A stretch of 64,000 bases of DNA from the human T2T-CHM13v2.0 reference genome, Homo sapiens. The notes beneath the pieces were generated by a model that was not told the origin of the DNA, searched no databases, and worked only from the letters and a program-made list of their open reading frames with translations. Of the stretch, positions 28,817 through 46,612 are shown piece by piece. Within the stretch, counting starts at the first letter, position 1. Every line of letters begins with the position of its first letter. Both the position numbers and the translations under genes were made by a program. The stretch lies in NCBI RefSeq assembly GCF_009914755.1, contig NC_060945.1; one strand, written 5' to 3'.

Positions 28817-29120
28817 GGCCAGGTGTGATGGCTTATGCCTATAATCCCAGCACTTTCGGAGGCCAAGGGAGGAGGATTGCTTGAGACCAGGAGTTGAGAC
28901 CAGACCTCATCTCTACAAAAATTTAAAAATTAGCTGGGTGCTGTGGCATGTGTCTGTGGTCCCAGCTACTTGGGGAGGCTGAGGTGGGAGGATCACTTGA
29001 GCCTGGAAGGTGGAGGATAGAGTGAGCCATGATTGTGCCACTGCACTCCAGCCTGGGCAGCAGAGGGAGATACTGTTTCAAAAAAACAAAAAGCAAAAAA
29101 ATAAATAAATAAATAAAAAT
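28817..29120 (+). mobile_element. Alu (AluJ-like) in MER82
   Basis: Dimer with internal deletion; TSD AAAATTTGG. Confidence 0.9.
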
Positions 29121-29419
29121 AAGACCAACAATAAAAATTTGGCGATGTTTTCGCGACCAAAAATATGCCTTAAGAACTTAACTCTTGTTTACGTCAACTA
29201 ACCTGTGGTGAACTGGTTGCATTATATGTCATTTTGCCGAAAGTCACAGTTTCCAAGAACCTATCAAGCAAGTTAAGTGAAGACTTACTGTACATACCTA
29301 TAAGAAAAAGCAACAACAAAATGGGGAGACGCCCCGACACATGGGGGTACGCCTACGTGGAAGGTTGCAGAATCGCTGCTCTCAAAGTTCCGTGTCAGGC
29401 CGCCTACCCTGATGCTGTT

Positions 29420-29960
29420 TCCTTGTCCACGTGAGTCAGTTCTGCAGAGGCCTGGCCTGGCAAGCGCAGCCGTGACTTCTCGCTAATCTTCCTGAGAAGC
29501 CGCTCCACCATCCATTCATCCTTAAGAACCCCGGGTGACTCATGACGCTCTGCACAGGACAGTTGAGAATTTATGGGGCAATATGTTTGCCTTCACAAGC
29601 CGTCTAAGCAATGATGAGCAATTCAGGCAGCTATGATTAAAAAGAAAAAAAAAAATGTTTTCCATCATCCAGTTCTCCTGAAGAAGCCAAAAACACCGAG
29701 GGCTTGAGGTTGTGTTGACAGAATCTTAGCCAACTCCTTCCTAGGGATTTAAACTGTTGCACCATCAATCATTTGCAGAATTCATGGCGATTATCATTTA
29801 CAACCACAGTTTGAGAGTCAAAATGATCAACCTCAGTCAATACCTACACATGAATTGATGGTCTCAGTCATTTGCCCTAAAGCTGGAATTCTATTTTATT
29901 TTTTGACCTCTCCCTCTCCCGAAAAGACAAATCCCAAGTACACATATCAAGGTGTGGTTC
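29420..29960. promoter_or_regulatory. Candidate enhancer motif cluster in unique sequence
   Basis: CACGTG overlapping TGAGTCA (29428-29438); TTCCTGAGAA 29489; TGACTCA 29536; three GCAAT C/EBP half-sites 29578-29622; AACCACA ~29802 and TGTGGTT ~29953 (RUNX). Confidence 0.45.
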
Positions 29961-30192
29961 AATCCGAGGTCCGTCTCCCCTTGGGGTGCCAAATGCGTCT
30001 GGGGGTTCTCCCTCCCTGGGCCGGCTCCACACGGTCGTGGAGCCTACCTTGCCCTGCCCCTCACCCTGTCCCTTGTGCTTCCCTCTCCCTGGAAGCGAGG
30101 CCTGGGCTGTCCCAGGGAAGGATCCAGCAGGAGAGGGTGGCAGGGCCGGCCTGGGCTGGGCTGCAGCTGCTGTCGTGGTTGCCATCCTCGGC

Positions 30193-30643
30193 ATGCGTTC
30201 GCTGAGGCTGCCGCGGTAAAGCACCACAAACCGGGGACTTAAAGTCACAGAAATTGATCCTCCCAGAGTGCTGGAGGCCGAAAGTTTGCCATCAAGGTGA
30301 CTGCAGGGCTGGTTTCATAGGAAGGCTCTGGGAGAATCGGTCCCTGCCTTTCTCCAGCTTCAGTGGCTCCAGCAATCCCTGGCTCTCCTTGGCTCATGGC
30401 CACGTCACTCTCTGCCTGCATCTTCACGTGGCCTCCTCCTCTCTGTCTCGATGTGACATTTTCTGTCTCCAATAAGGACACTCATTGGATTTAGGGCCCA
30501 CTACAGCCCAGTATGACCTCTTCTTAATTTCACTACAACTGCAAAGAGCTGATTTCTAAATAAGTGCACATTCACAGGTACTGGAGATTGTGAGCATGTC
30601 TTTTTGAATATTTCTTTTTAGGGGACACAATTCAACCACTACA
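30193..30643 (-). mobile_element. MLT1 (C/D-like) LTR
   Basis: AAGGACACTCATTGGATTTAGGGCCCAC...GGGGACACAATTCAACCCACTACA. Confidence 0.85.
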
Positions 30644-32693
30644 TCCTCCCACAGAGGAGAGCTGAGGCAGGTCTGGCATGGGGGCCCAGGCAGGACTGGA
30701 GGAGGGCAACAGCCAGTGGGGGCACTTGGAGAGGCCTTGCCCCCACACAGCAGGAGTGTGGGATGATGTTTAGGATCCTGGCAGTCCATGAGCTCTTGGA
30801 GGGAGGGTGGATTATGTCCTTTCCTGAGAGTGGGTAAGCGTGGAGGTGGCACCTCCCTGGCAGCAGTGAGCAGGGGCAGATGGGAAGATGTGTGGGAAAG
30901 GGTTGCTTTGCCGCTGTGCCTGCGGGGATACCAGGAGAGGAGTGGGGGGCAGTGGATGTTCCTGAGCTGGCCCTGCGGAAGAGGAGATGGGGTTACCGGA
31001 AGAATGTGTCTACCAGAGCTGCTGCATGAGGGCACAGGTGACCCTCTGGAAGAGACAAGGGACACCGGGTGTCCTGCCCTGAGGTTTGGGGGTGGGGCAT
31101 GATTCCACCTGTAACCACAGCGAACAAGAGAAATAGGCCCAGCTATGCAGCTGATGGCAGCTGGCACAGTGCCTGGCCTGAGGGAGGAGCTCCTTCAAGC
31201 AGTGGCTTGACTCATGACCTGGGAAGAGGCAGGGGGTGGGGGAGGCATCAAAATAGCGTTTCTGAGCTGCAGGGGGGCTTTGGTTTGTCCTGTGTCAGGA
31301 GTGCCAGAGGTGCTCTCTGGAGGATTGAGGCAGAGGCAGATGAGCGCCAGCCCGCATGGAGGCAACGTGTCTGGGGACACCCAGCGGACAGGGCAGCAGC
31401 CCTGATGCTTGGAGTCCTTGAGCAAACATCTCGATCCTGTGATGAGTGCACGACACCCAGTCTCTGTGTGGTTGATGGGGCTGGGTGGAGGCCAGGGTGG
31501 GTCTCACCTCCGGCTCACAATTGTTTGCCACTGACTTGTGAACACACCAGCAGTCAGGAGCCCCTTCAGGTGCTTTGGATTGAAGCTTAGACAATTCGCT
31601 CTCTTTAAGAAAAATAATATAAAGTCATTAAATCAAAGTAAGATACAAATATGAGTTCCTATTTAGAATGTGAATAAATCACCAGAAAGTGTTAGCGCCA
31701 TGGAGATTCAGGTCTCTTCCTCTGTCCTTCTGCAATCTCTTTTAAATAGATTGAATTCTGGCATCCTCTCCTCACCTACAACCCTCTATAGCTCCCAGAA
31801 GCTCTGGGTGCTCCCTGGGTTGGAGTAGATTGGGCCCCTGGAACTTCAGCTCATTCGCTTCCAGGTACAGCCCCTGCCACCTGCAAAGGGGAGGGTTATT
31901 TCAGGCCAGGTGTGGGTATCAAGGGCTGAGCTCCACTGTGGGCTCAGGCAGATCCTCTGTGCCAAGAGGTTTGGAGGCTCCTCCACCTGGGCACCAGGCC
32001 CAGCTGGAAGGCAGTGACCAACTTCCTCTTGCACCTGTCAGCCTTCACTTGCTCCCCTCAGACCTAACGCCAGAGAGGAGGACTCCCTCCAGCAGCAAAC
32101 ATGCAATTACGTCCCCTCCTTCTGACCTAGCTCAAGAACTCCACTGGCAGCTCATTAAGTCAGGGGCAGCTTGAAAGTCGCTGCTCTGAATGCCACAGTT
32201 TTATGTCACTTGTAAGAAGGGTTGGGGGCGGGTAATCACAGCCCTCTGCACCAGACGAAAGGTGCGCAGGGAAAGGGTAGGTGTAATTGGGGGCCCCTGC
32301 AGCTCCTCTCCACAGAGCAGAGTCACGCCCCAGGTTAGACTCTCCCCAGAACTGCTAGCCTGGCCGGGGCCTGCCAGTTGACTTGGGGAAAAGGCAGAGG
32401 TGGAGGCCTGGGAAACTGGGAGGCTGTGGGCCGCCATCCTCAGCTCCCCACCGCTCCTGAGCACCCCTTTCTCCGTCTGTCACTCTCCTCTCCTGCTCTG
32501 TGCCTGTACATCCAAGCCTGGGTCCTGTGTGGGCTGCTGGGGAAGAGGAAAGAGGGGCTCCTCCTTCTAAACACCCCACACGTAAGCGTGGCTGCTTTCA
32601 GTATTTCATTGAATTGCCTGCTACAGTGGGGATTTGGGCAGGATCCCAAATATCTTCCTTGTGTCCCAGAATCCTGTTCATTTTTCTATCTGT

Positions 32694-33056
32694 GCATCCA
32701 TCCACCCATGCGCCATCCATTATCCATTTGTCCATCCATCCATCCACTCACATTGATCCACCATCCATCACTCTTTCATCATCTGTCCATCCATCCACTC
32801 ATCTGTTCATACACCCTCTATCTATTTATCATCCCTCCATCCTTTCATCGTCCATTCACCATCCATCATTCATCTGTCACCCATCGGTCCATTATTCATC
32901 CATCATTAGCCCAACTGTCCATCCATCCATTCATCATCCACCCACCATCCATCACTCTCCATTATCTGTCCATCTGTTTATTCATCTCTCCATCTATTCA
33001 TCCTCCATCCATCCCTCTATCCATCTACCACCCATTCATTCATCATCCGTCCATCT
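32694..33056. repeat. Degenerate (TCCA)n/(CATC)n array adjoining an L2 3' end
   Basis: About 360 bp of CCAT/TCAT units followed by L2-like TGCCAGGAGCTGCGCTTG...CCTCATGGTGC. Confidence 0.9.
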
Positions 33057-34736
33057 CATGGAAAAGTCTTATGCACCTGCTAACATGCATGCCAGGAGCT
33101 GCGCTTGTCCCTGAAGCTACAGAGGCTTTTGAGACCAGGGTCTTGCCCCTCATGGTGCCACTGCTCTACTGGGGAAGCAGACAGAGCAGATTGAATGGGC
33201 CCAGCGACAGTCATGGGGCACAAGCGGTGCCATGATCCTGGAGCAGCCACTGAGCTGCCCCTCCTCCTTCCTTCTCCCGGCCTGTCTCTTAGCAGCCCTG
33301 CACTCAGAGTTGGGTGCACCCCCAACCCCACTGTCCCCTCCCCTGCTCCGCAGCCTGGGACCGGTTCCTGGGAACCTGCAGGTGGAGGACTCATGGCCCC
33401 AGGCAGGGTGATTACCCGCCTCACCCCTGCCAGTCTCCACAAGACTTCCCCTGAGGCCCAGCTCAAGAATGCACTGCATTTTTCTCATCTCAATAAAGGT
33501 ACAAAGGGTACTTCTGGAGCCAGGAAGCCAAGAAATCACGCCCTTTCAGGTGCATTCTTGGCTGCTGTGTTGAGGATTCTTTTTAGGGGGTTGGTAATGC
33601 TGCTTTATTGGATAATTTACCTCTTTGACTCAGGCCTGAGGAACGCCAGTCCGCCCCCTCCATCCTAACCTGCAGAACCCTCAGCCTGTGACTCTGGTAA
33701 CAAGGAGGACCTCAGTTAATCAAGGCAGGGAGGGATGTGGAAGAGCAGGTTGGGAAGAGGGAGGCCCACCCAGCAAGGGGGGCAGTGAGATAAGGAACTG
33801 AGACCCTGTGAAGCCAAGTGGCTTGAAGCAAAGTGGCTTGAAGCCCCACATGGTGATGGCAGAGAGAGTGCTCTCGGGGCTGCAGCAACTATTGATTTCA
33901 TCACTTTCCTTTGCAATGTTGGCTTGTGGACACACCAGCCAGGTGGCCTAAGGATAAACCTTGGCCTTCAAATCTTGAAATTCACCCTTTCCCAGTTCCA
34001 GCTTTGACACATTGAGTGACTTAGGGGGAGTCACTTGGCTTGCCCCAGTCTGGGCGTCCTTGTTTTGAAAATGAGTCGGTTACAGCTGTGAGCTCATAGT
34101 GTGTCGTGAGAACCGGTGACTTACTAATGCTTATGAATTCACGGTTGGGCTCTCTGAGAGCTCGGGCAGGGCACACCATACAAGGCACCAGGCCCTCGGG
34201 GCGGTGAGGAGGGAAGATCAGGGGAGGGAATGTTTCCCCTGTGTGCCCAGCCCCGTGCCCCTCTAGGGCCTGCTCCCAGTGCCCTGTGACCTTGGGCAAT
34301 AAATGTTGCTATTAATGGTACATCTGTCTTGCCTGCTGGAACGTCAAGCAGTTTCACAGCATCAATCAAAGGCTTTGAGCTTCTGGGAGAAGGCGCCAAG
34401 GAGCTCCAAGGTGTTATTAGAAGTAATTGGGTCTGCAATTGGGGAAACCTTCAAAGCTGCCAGACTTAGTTTACTTTACCCACTTTCTCTCTTTCACCTT
34501 TCTCCTCCCCCCACTACCTTGCTATTGCCCTCCTTTCCCTCTGCCTCCTCCAACAATTCTTTCTCATCCTGTCTCACCCGCAAGTTGCTCTCACACTTTC
34601 CCTGCCAGCGTAAGAACCACCCCCAGCCCCCACAGCCAATAGTCTGATTCTACAGTGATGGACCCTCAGACAACCAGGACTGGCAGGAACCCCGGAGAGC
34701 ATGGAATCCAAACCTCAAACCAGAGAGGTGAAGGTT

Positions 34737-35298
34737 GTCCATCCATCCATCCATCTATCCATCCATTCATCCATTCATCCACCCATTCATTCATCCATTT
34801 ATCATCCATCCATCTATCCATCTACCCACTCCATCATCCATCTTTTTGTCTATTTATCCATCATCCCTCTATATATCCATTCATACATCCATCCTCTCCA
34901 TTTATCATCCACTGATCAATCCACCATCCATCCATCCATTTATCCATTCATTCATCTACCCACTCATCCATCTATCCTTCCACCCACTCTACCATCCATC
35001 TTTTCATCTATCTATTCTTCCATCATCCTTCTATACATCCACCTGTCCATCATCCATCCACCAGCCAGCCACTCCATTCATCATCCATCCATCCATCCAT
35101 TCATCTACCCACTCCATCCACCATCCATTCATCTTCTCATCCACCCATCCATCATCCATCCATTCATCCACCCACTCCATCCATCCACTCATCCACCTGC
35201 TCCATCCATCCATCCACTCACCCATCCATCTATTCATTAATCCATTCATTCATGTATCTATCTACCCACTCATCCATTCATCCTTCCACCCACCATCC
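34737..35298. repeat. Degenerate (TCCA)n array
   Basis: About 560 bp of CCAT/CTAT/TCAT units. Confidence 0.95.
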
Positions 35299-35859
35299 AG
35301 TGCTGACTCTGCCAGGCCTATGTTTCTTCTAAACATACCCAGATAAAGAATTTAGGCCTGCCTCTAAAGTCTAGTCAAGATGCAAAAAACAGGACTCCCC
35401 TGGTAGGACAAATGTGGGACAATGCCCTGGCTTCTTACAGGGAGCCCCTTATCCTGCCCTACACAGCCCTGTGGGGCCTTTCTTCATTCTCATTGCCCTG
35501 ACTCACACTCCATGTTGTTCCTCGCAGGGGTTGGGGTGAAGGGGCAGGGGGTTGACTCCAATGCTCCCCTCCCTGTTCTTCTGACCTCATGACTCCTGAA
35601 TGCTCTCTGCTGGGGAGATCATGTGCAGACAGGTAAATATGGGTCCTGGAGAAAGAATCAAAGGTGGGGGCAGTTTCATGAGAGGGAGGTCCAGCAAAGG
35701 GAGAGTAAGCAGAGAGGACCGCCAGCTCTGCTGGTCCCTCCTCTGCCCACAGTGGGTTCTGAGGACCCTCTGTCATCTTTGACACACATCAAAGTCCTGG
35801 GGAAGGCAACAAGTTCCCAGGGAGCAGGACCGCCCAGAGTGGCCCAGGCACTATCTGCA

Positions 35860-36005
35860 TCAGAATCTGGAATCACAGAGGAGCTTGTTAAAAGCATGCA
35901 TATGTCTGGGCCCGGCCCCTTCGAATTAGGATCTAGGCCAGGCCCAGGAATCTGCATGTTAACAAATTCCCAATGTTCTTTGTACACAGTGTTTGAGAAC
36001 AGTGG
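35860..36005 (+). mobile_element. MER5A hAT-Charlie element
   Basis: GAATCACAGAGGAGCTTGTTAAAA...GGCCCAGGAATCTGCATGTTAACAA...TTTGAGAACAGTG. Confidence 0.75.
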
Positions 36006-36091
36006 CTCCAGAAGCTCAGTGTGTGGTTGAGGGTGGGATGTTCCCAAACACCCTGAAGCTGATAGTGCCACAGCCTTGCCTATGTGGCTGA

Positions 36092-39740
<3,649 letters not shown>

Positions 39741-41953
39741 GGGGGTAGAATGATGCCCTTGCTGAGGTTGAATTTTTTACAAGTTAAAAGTATGACTCTT
39801 ATGTAACAGGAGCATCTGTCAATGGTTTATGGAACTCAGTATGGAAGCCAGCATGGTGGCAGAGCTGGTTCAAAAAGTAGAAAAAGAATGAAAGACTACA
39901 GTCTCTGACAGAAGGCATGCTGGAAGGATGTTGCCAGATCACAGGGCCCTACGGTGCAATAAAACAGTCCCTGTTGGGTGATGATCTATTGTTCAGTAAG
40001 CTATCAGCATCTCGACAAGACAAATTCAACTGTATTGCCAGCAGATAGAGTCAGTTGCATCACTGTCCATTTTCTTCAAGTTAATATGAACCCTGGCAGA
40101 GATGTCAAATGTCCCATCAATGGAAAATAGTCAAAGCAAGAGGCCGTGCCCCTGAGATAACTAGCGGCCTCTGACATGCCACCACCGGTTCCTGAGAGCT
40201 TGTTAACAAGACAGTGTCTGACCTGAGATAAGGAGGTGACCATCGTTTCAAAACAGTTGAGAACTAACTCCTGCATGTTGGTTGTTGCTGTCACTAACTA
40301 TAGAAGAGAAATCCACGTGGGATCATCTAAACCTGGCAGAGGTTGCATGGCCAGAATGTGCTGGGTCACACTCAAACTCTGGTCTCTCTGACACCAAGGA
40401 CCACAGATGCTGAGTCCAGCCAGCACTTTCCAATGACCTCAGTCCCTCTCAGGACAGGCCCATCCAAGGAGGATTTGCCTCAAGGGGAAAGCAATGACTA
40501 GCCCAAAAAGAATGACCTGGCAGGGAAGTGCCTGGGCTGGGGGAGGCACTTCCAATACCCTCCCTAAAATGCAATTTTTATCCACTTTTCTTTGCACAAT
40601 ATTTATTATTTCCAAAGAGTGTCTAAAGACCGACTACAGAGGAGAGATTCCAGCCCCCTTCATGCTGCAGATTGTTAGAGCTAGGGCTGCACGTTCCCTG
40701 GGACAGGGACAGGCCCATGTTAGGGGGCTTCTTCTCACGGGGAGTGCCCTGAGTGTGGTGGATGCTAACATTTTGGGTAATAGAACAAGACACAGGCTTT
40801 CACTGAATCTGTCTTTTCAGCAAAGGTAAAAAAAAAAAAAAAAGGCAGAAAGGAAAGAAATCATCCTATGGGTACTGTGGGAGAGGGCCAGGAAGAGCCA
40901 GAGAAATCCACAAAGTTCAAAACGGCCAGACCCTATCAGGTTCCCCAGGGAGCCAGCAGCTTATCACAGCTTAGTCACAGGGTTGTGAGAAAACCCATGC
41001 CTCACTGGAAACCCCCCAAAGAACAATGACCCCCTTGATCCAAATCACGTCGTGGCCCCCGGAGTGCTCAGATCCTATCATCAGGAACACAATATCCCCA
41101 TTTCAGGGCCTCCGTCAGAAGGCTGGCCGGCACATCCGTGAGTCACAGAACGGAAAGGAAGGCAGCGCGCATGTTCATGGAAAGAAATCCTGTTTGTCTC
41201 TCTCCTTTCTTCTGATACAAATGCAGACAGTTTCCCAGTTGTCAAAATTGAACATGATACGAGGAAAATAGCTTGGTAAAAAACATGCATTAGTCATTCA
41301 GCAGTAAAATTTTCCAAGTTTTACTCATCTCATCATCTTGACCACTAAATGGACTTTCAACAGTGGATTTCTCTGAGAGTGGCACAAGTGTGTTAAGGAA
41401 TTGTCACAGGCATGGCGCCTGCTCTGAGCTCTGGGGGCTTAGACCCCTCAAAAGCTCACAGCCCCTGGAATTCACTAAGCTGCAGAGCACAGGGGCTACT
41501 AAATATTTCTCCAACTGGACAGACTTTCACGTGGGGATAGACAGGATTGAATTACCCAGATTCAGAGAAAAAGGGTCTATTATCTCATAGAACAGTCTGA
41601 AGTTCAACCAGGAAGCCATATTTTCCACTTAAAACCACAGGGCAGTTATCCAATCTCGGTGCAATTTCATCAGAGGAGAGGTGAGACTGTCGGGGGGCGG
41701 CAGGGCTGACTGGGAGGCTGTGGAGAGGGTGTGTTTAGGATGGGCAACCTTTCCTGTGGGCTAAGGTAGGAAAGCAGAAAACAGTTAGTGTGAGATTCTT
41801 GGTGTCCTCAAGAGCAGCCTGTGTAACAGAAAAGACCGTTCTTAGTTCCTTCACTTTTGATTAACATCGAAGGTATTGTTTCACATTTCTAATGTCTAGT
41901 TTTCCTTGGGTTTTTAATAGCACTTTCAGGGAGACTTAATTCAATTAATGTTT

Positions 41954-42396
41954 GGCCAGGGGAGGTGGCTCACGCCTCTAATTCCAGCACTTTGGGAGGT
42001 TAAGGTGGGAGAATCACTTTAATTCAGAAGTTCCAGACCAGCCTGGGGAGCACAGTGAACTCCTGTTTCTACAAAAATAAATAAATAAATAATAAACAAA
42101 ATTAGCTAGGCATGATATAACTAGCCTGTGGTCCTAGCTACTCAGGAGGCTGAGGCAGGAGGATCACTTGAGCCCAGGAGTTCAAGACCAGCCTGGGCAA
42201 CAGAATGAAACCCCATTTCTACAAAAAAAAAAAAAAAAAAAAAAAAATTAGCCAGGTGTGGTGGTGCTAGGCTGTGGTCGTGGCTCCTCAGGAAGCTAAG
42301 GTGGGAGTATCGCTTGAGCCTAGGAGGTCAAGGCAGCAGTAAGCAGTGACTGTGCCACTGTACTCCAGCTGGGCAACAGAAGGGAGACACTGTCAA
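41954..42396 (+). mobile_element. Trimeric AluJ-like composite (left arm, right/left chimera, right arm)
   Basis: Two internal A-rich linkers (~42073-42100 and ~42223-42247). Confidence 0.85.
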
Positions 42397-42419
42397 ATAT
42401 ATACATATATACTACAATG

Positions 42420-43065
42420 GCTATTACTACAAATAGCTTAGAATAACTACAGTGAGGGCCGCCGCAGAGACTGGAGCTCTCACACCCTGTGGTTAGGAAT
42501 GTAAAATGGTATAGGCACTTTGGAAAACTGACAGATTCTTGGCAATTAAATACACAATACCACATGACCCCATCGTTCTACTCAGAGCTATTTATTCAAG
42601 AGAAGTGAAAGCCTGTGCCCAAGTGAAGACTTTTGCATAAATGTTCATAGCAGCTTTATTTGTAATAGCCAAAACTAGAAACAACCCAAATGTCCATCAA
42701 CAGGCGAGACGGATAAACACATCGTGGTATATCCGCGCATGGAAGGAGGCATATACTTTCTGTCTTGTTGTTGGGGTGGTTTCAGGACATGCCCATGTGT
42801 CGACACATGTCAAATTGTACACTCTGAGTATGTATAGTTTATTATATGGCAATTATACCTCAATTACCTTGTTTAAAGCCTTAAAAATGCTTTCCAGATT
42901 AGTAGTAATTGGGGTCAGGGCTCAGGTGAAGGTCAAAAGAAAACTTTTTAGAGTGATAAAAATGTTCTATTTCTTGATTGTGGTGATGGTTACACTACAG
43001 CTACCAATTGCTAAATTACAATGGGTGGATTTTATTGGATATAAATTGTAACTCAATAAAGCTGG
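42420..43065 (+). mobile_element. Old L1 (L1M) 3' fragments
   Basis: AATGTTCATAGCAGCTTTATTTGTAATAGCCAAAACTAGAAACAACCCAAATGTCCATCAACAGG. Confidence 0.9.
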
Positions 43066-43400
43066 GGAAAAATAAATTTGCACTGAAATATCTTTGCATA
43101 TTAGGACAAGGGCAGAATACTGTGGTAACATGTAATTTTTATTTCTAATAAAGCAGACATTGTAGTTGCAGAGAAAAAAATTAAATTTAAATTTAAATTT
43201 TCATTTCTCTTGGACAAATATCTAGGAGTAGAACAACGAGGTCATGCGGTAGTTGTATGTTTAATTTTCAAGAAACCCTCAAGAAACGCTTTCTCAAAAG
43301 GGAAAAATAACATGTTTACATTGAAGCAAAAAACTAATATCTTCTTTTTTGTATTGATTATCTGAATATTAAAAAACAATTACAAGCTGAATAATTATTC

Positions 43401-43709
<309 letters not shown>

Positions 43710-44789
43710 TGATACCTAGTCACATTCTTTAATCAGTTTTTTAGCCTTATTTGATTCTATCACCATTAGTGGCATTTTTTCAGAAGAATGCATTATTTTC
43801 AGAGCTATCTTATTTTAATCTCTCATAAAATTGCCTAGAAACTTCTTTAAGAAGACATTTTTGTGGCTAATGAATTTGAATTTGCCGACCAGCTAAGTGG
43901 AATCTTCTCCGTAGACCCTGAGGTTGTCAGATGAATGAGCATCTGTGGATGAGCTAACTCTGCTCAGGACAAGACAGTTTCAATTTTTTCTAATGGAAAG
44001 GTCAATATTTCACCGAGATATTGTCACAGATCCTGTGTTCTGACTTCAATCCAAAGGATCTTTCTTTCCTAAGTGTCTTTATAGGGCAAATTGGGTCAAA
44101 TAGGCTTTTTTCATGCATGATTCTTTTAAATATTTTGTCAAATTTAGGTGTTAAAAGTCATAGGCCTTTTCAATTTTACTCCATTCTGATACATACTATA
44201 CATATATCCAATTAAAATAAGAGCTCTACAAAATTTGTTCCACACATTGAGACACTCCAGGAATAAATTTTAGAATTCCAAAGTCACTCTCCTACACGGG
44301 GTAGACATCATGCATTTTACTCAGTTCCTCTCTTACTTTTGTGGTGACAAATTTAAATAGTCTTTCTGTTTGCAATCTTGTTTTTAATAATTGTAATAAT
44401 TTGCTAAAAGTTTCAAAAGTTTTTAGTTATGTATTTGTTGAATGGTTTGATTAAAGATTTCCCACTGATTTGGAACTAAATGCAAGGTAAGTCTAGAAGA
44501 CCCAATTACGCACACACAAACACACACAAATCTATTGTAAGTCATTTAGGTGGATTTATAAACTACTTTCTCTGGGGCTGTGCACTTCTAAAATCTAATG
44601 ATGGAGCAAAAAGGAAGAAAGTATATATTGTCCTGATTAAGGCCTTCTTGCCACTTCTATTAGCATTGTTGTGGCAATGTTGCATTTTAGTACATGTAAA
44701 AAATTTGTAAGTTTTAATATCGGCAACTTTCTCTTGAATTAGAGGCGTATTAAAGTTTAAGACTCACGCATAAATTATTTGTTCACTAA

Positions 44790-45111
<322 letters not shown>

Positions 45112-45305
45112 TGCTCTATACTTTTTAAATTTGATAATAGCACATTTCTACATGATGCTGTACAACACCAACATTTGTATTTGTAGTATCACCATAAGAA
45201 CAATGACACCAGCAATATTGAATAGTTAACTGCAAGTTACATCTTGCATTTTTAAAAGGAGCCAATGATACATCTTCAACAGAACGAATGTTCAAAAGCT
45301 TTACT

Positions 45306-45594
45306 TTTTTTTTTTTTTTTTGATGAAGTTTCATTCTTGTTGCCCAGGCTGGAGTAAAATGGCACAATCCCTGCTCACTGCAACCTCTGCCTCCTAGGTT
45401 CAAGCGGTTCTCCTGCCTCAGTCTCCTGAGTAGCTGAGATTACAGGCATGCGCCACCACGCCAGGCTAATTTTTTGTAGAGATGGGGTTTCTCCATGTTG
45501 GTCAGGCTGGTCTCAAACTCCTGACCCCAGGTGATCTTCCCACCTCGGCCTGCCAAAGTGCTGGGATTACAGGCGTGAGCCACTGCACCTGGCC
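45306..45594 (-). mobile_element. Alu (AluSp-like)
   Basis: Antisense dimer; TSD TCAAAAGCTTT. Confidence 0.95.
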
Positions 45595-46321
45595 TCAAAA
45601 GCTTTATTTTTATTTAATGATTTAATAAAAATTAAGTTATTCCAATTAACTGAGTGGGCTTTTCTGTTGGAAGCATCTGATAATACACATATTATATCCA
45701 CATCACTTAACGGTCTGTGAAATCCTGCTCATGGAGGTAACACATAACAGCTATCACGTCATCGAGTAAATCATAAGAAAACTCGAAGTTGACAAAGAAG
45801 GAAATTAATGAGCACTGACATTTGATCTACATGAAAAGTCCCAGAGTGACATGGCTGCAGGCGTCAGTCACTGTCTTTGGCTGCCTGAAAAGAGTTACCA
45901 GCTTTTGAGGCCAATGCTGCTGTTTCTTCTGCTTTTCATGTGCTTGGTGATGTCACTGCATTTACCGCAAATGGTAAACGTTCACAAACATTTTGCGTAA
46001 GTAGACATCATAATCAACTTTCCGGAGAAACAGAAATCCAATAACTTAATTTTATATTTTGCATGCACTTTCATTTTATTTTTTAGTTCACCATGGCCCA
46101 AAGGGTTTATGACAAGTGTAAAAATGTGTTGCCAAATGGTGAGATAAATAGAGTTATGCCATAAAATATAGATAGAACCAATCTTGAATGTAATAAGTTT
46201 CATATTTCAATATCTAGTTTTCCTTGGGTTTTGAAGTTTACCTTACAAATCAACTCATTTTATTTGTCAAGCCAGACAATTTTAATATTATTTTCAAGGA
46301 GACTCAATTCAGTTAATGTTT

Positions 46322-46612
46322 GGCCAGGTGTGGTGGTTCACGCCTGTAATTCCAGCACTTTAAGAGCCCGAGGCAGGAAGATGACATGAGTCCAGGTGTT
46401 CAAGAACAGCCTGTGCAACACAGTGAAACCCCATCTCTGAAAAAAAATAAACAAAATTAGCCAGGCGTGGTGGTACATCCTGAGGTCCCAGCTATTTGGG
46501 AGGCTGAGGTGGGAGGATTGCTTGAGCCCAGGAGGTCAAGGCAGTGGTGAGCCGTGATCACGCTACTACATTCCAGCCTGGACAACAGAGTGAGACCCTG
46601 TCTCAAAAAAAC
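46322..46612 (+). mobile_element. Alu (AluJ-like)
   Basis: Dimer; TSD TTAATGTTTG. Confidence 0.95.

Noticed and set aside
32378-35346. His/Pro/Ser/Ile-rich ORFs of 285, 204, 179 and 203 aa
   Set aside because: They are translations of (TCCA)n arrays, which lack stop codons.
41748-41775. Short stem CTTTCCT...AGGAAAG as a miRNA or snoRNA
   Set aside because: Only a 7-bp stem, with no box motifs or extended pairing that I can support.
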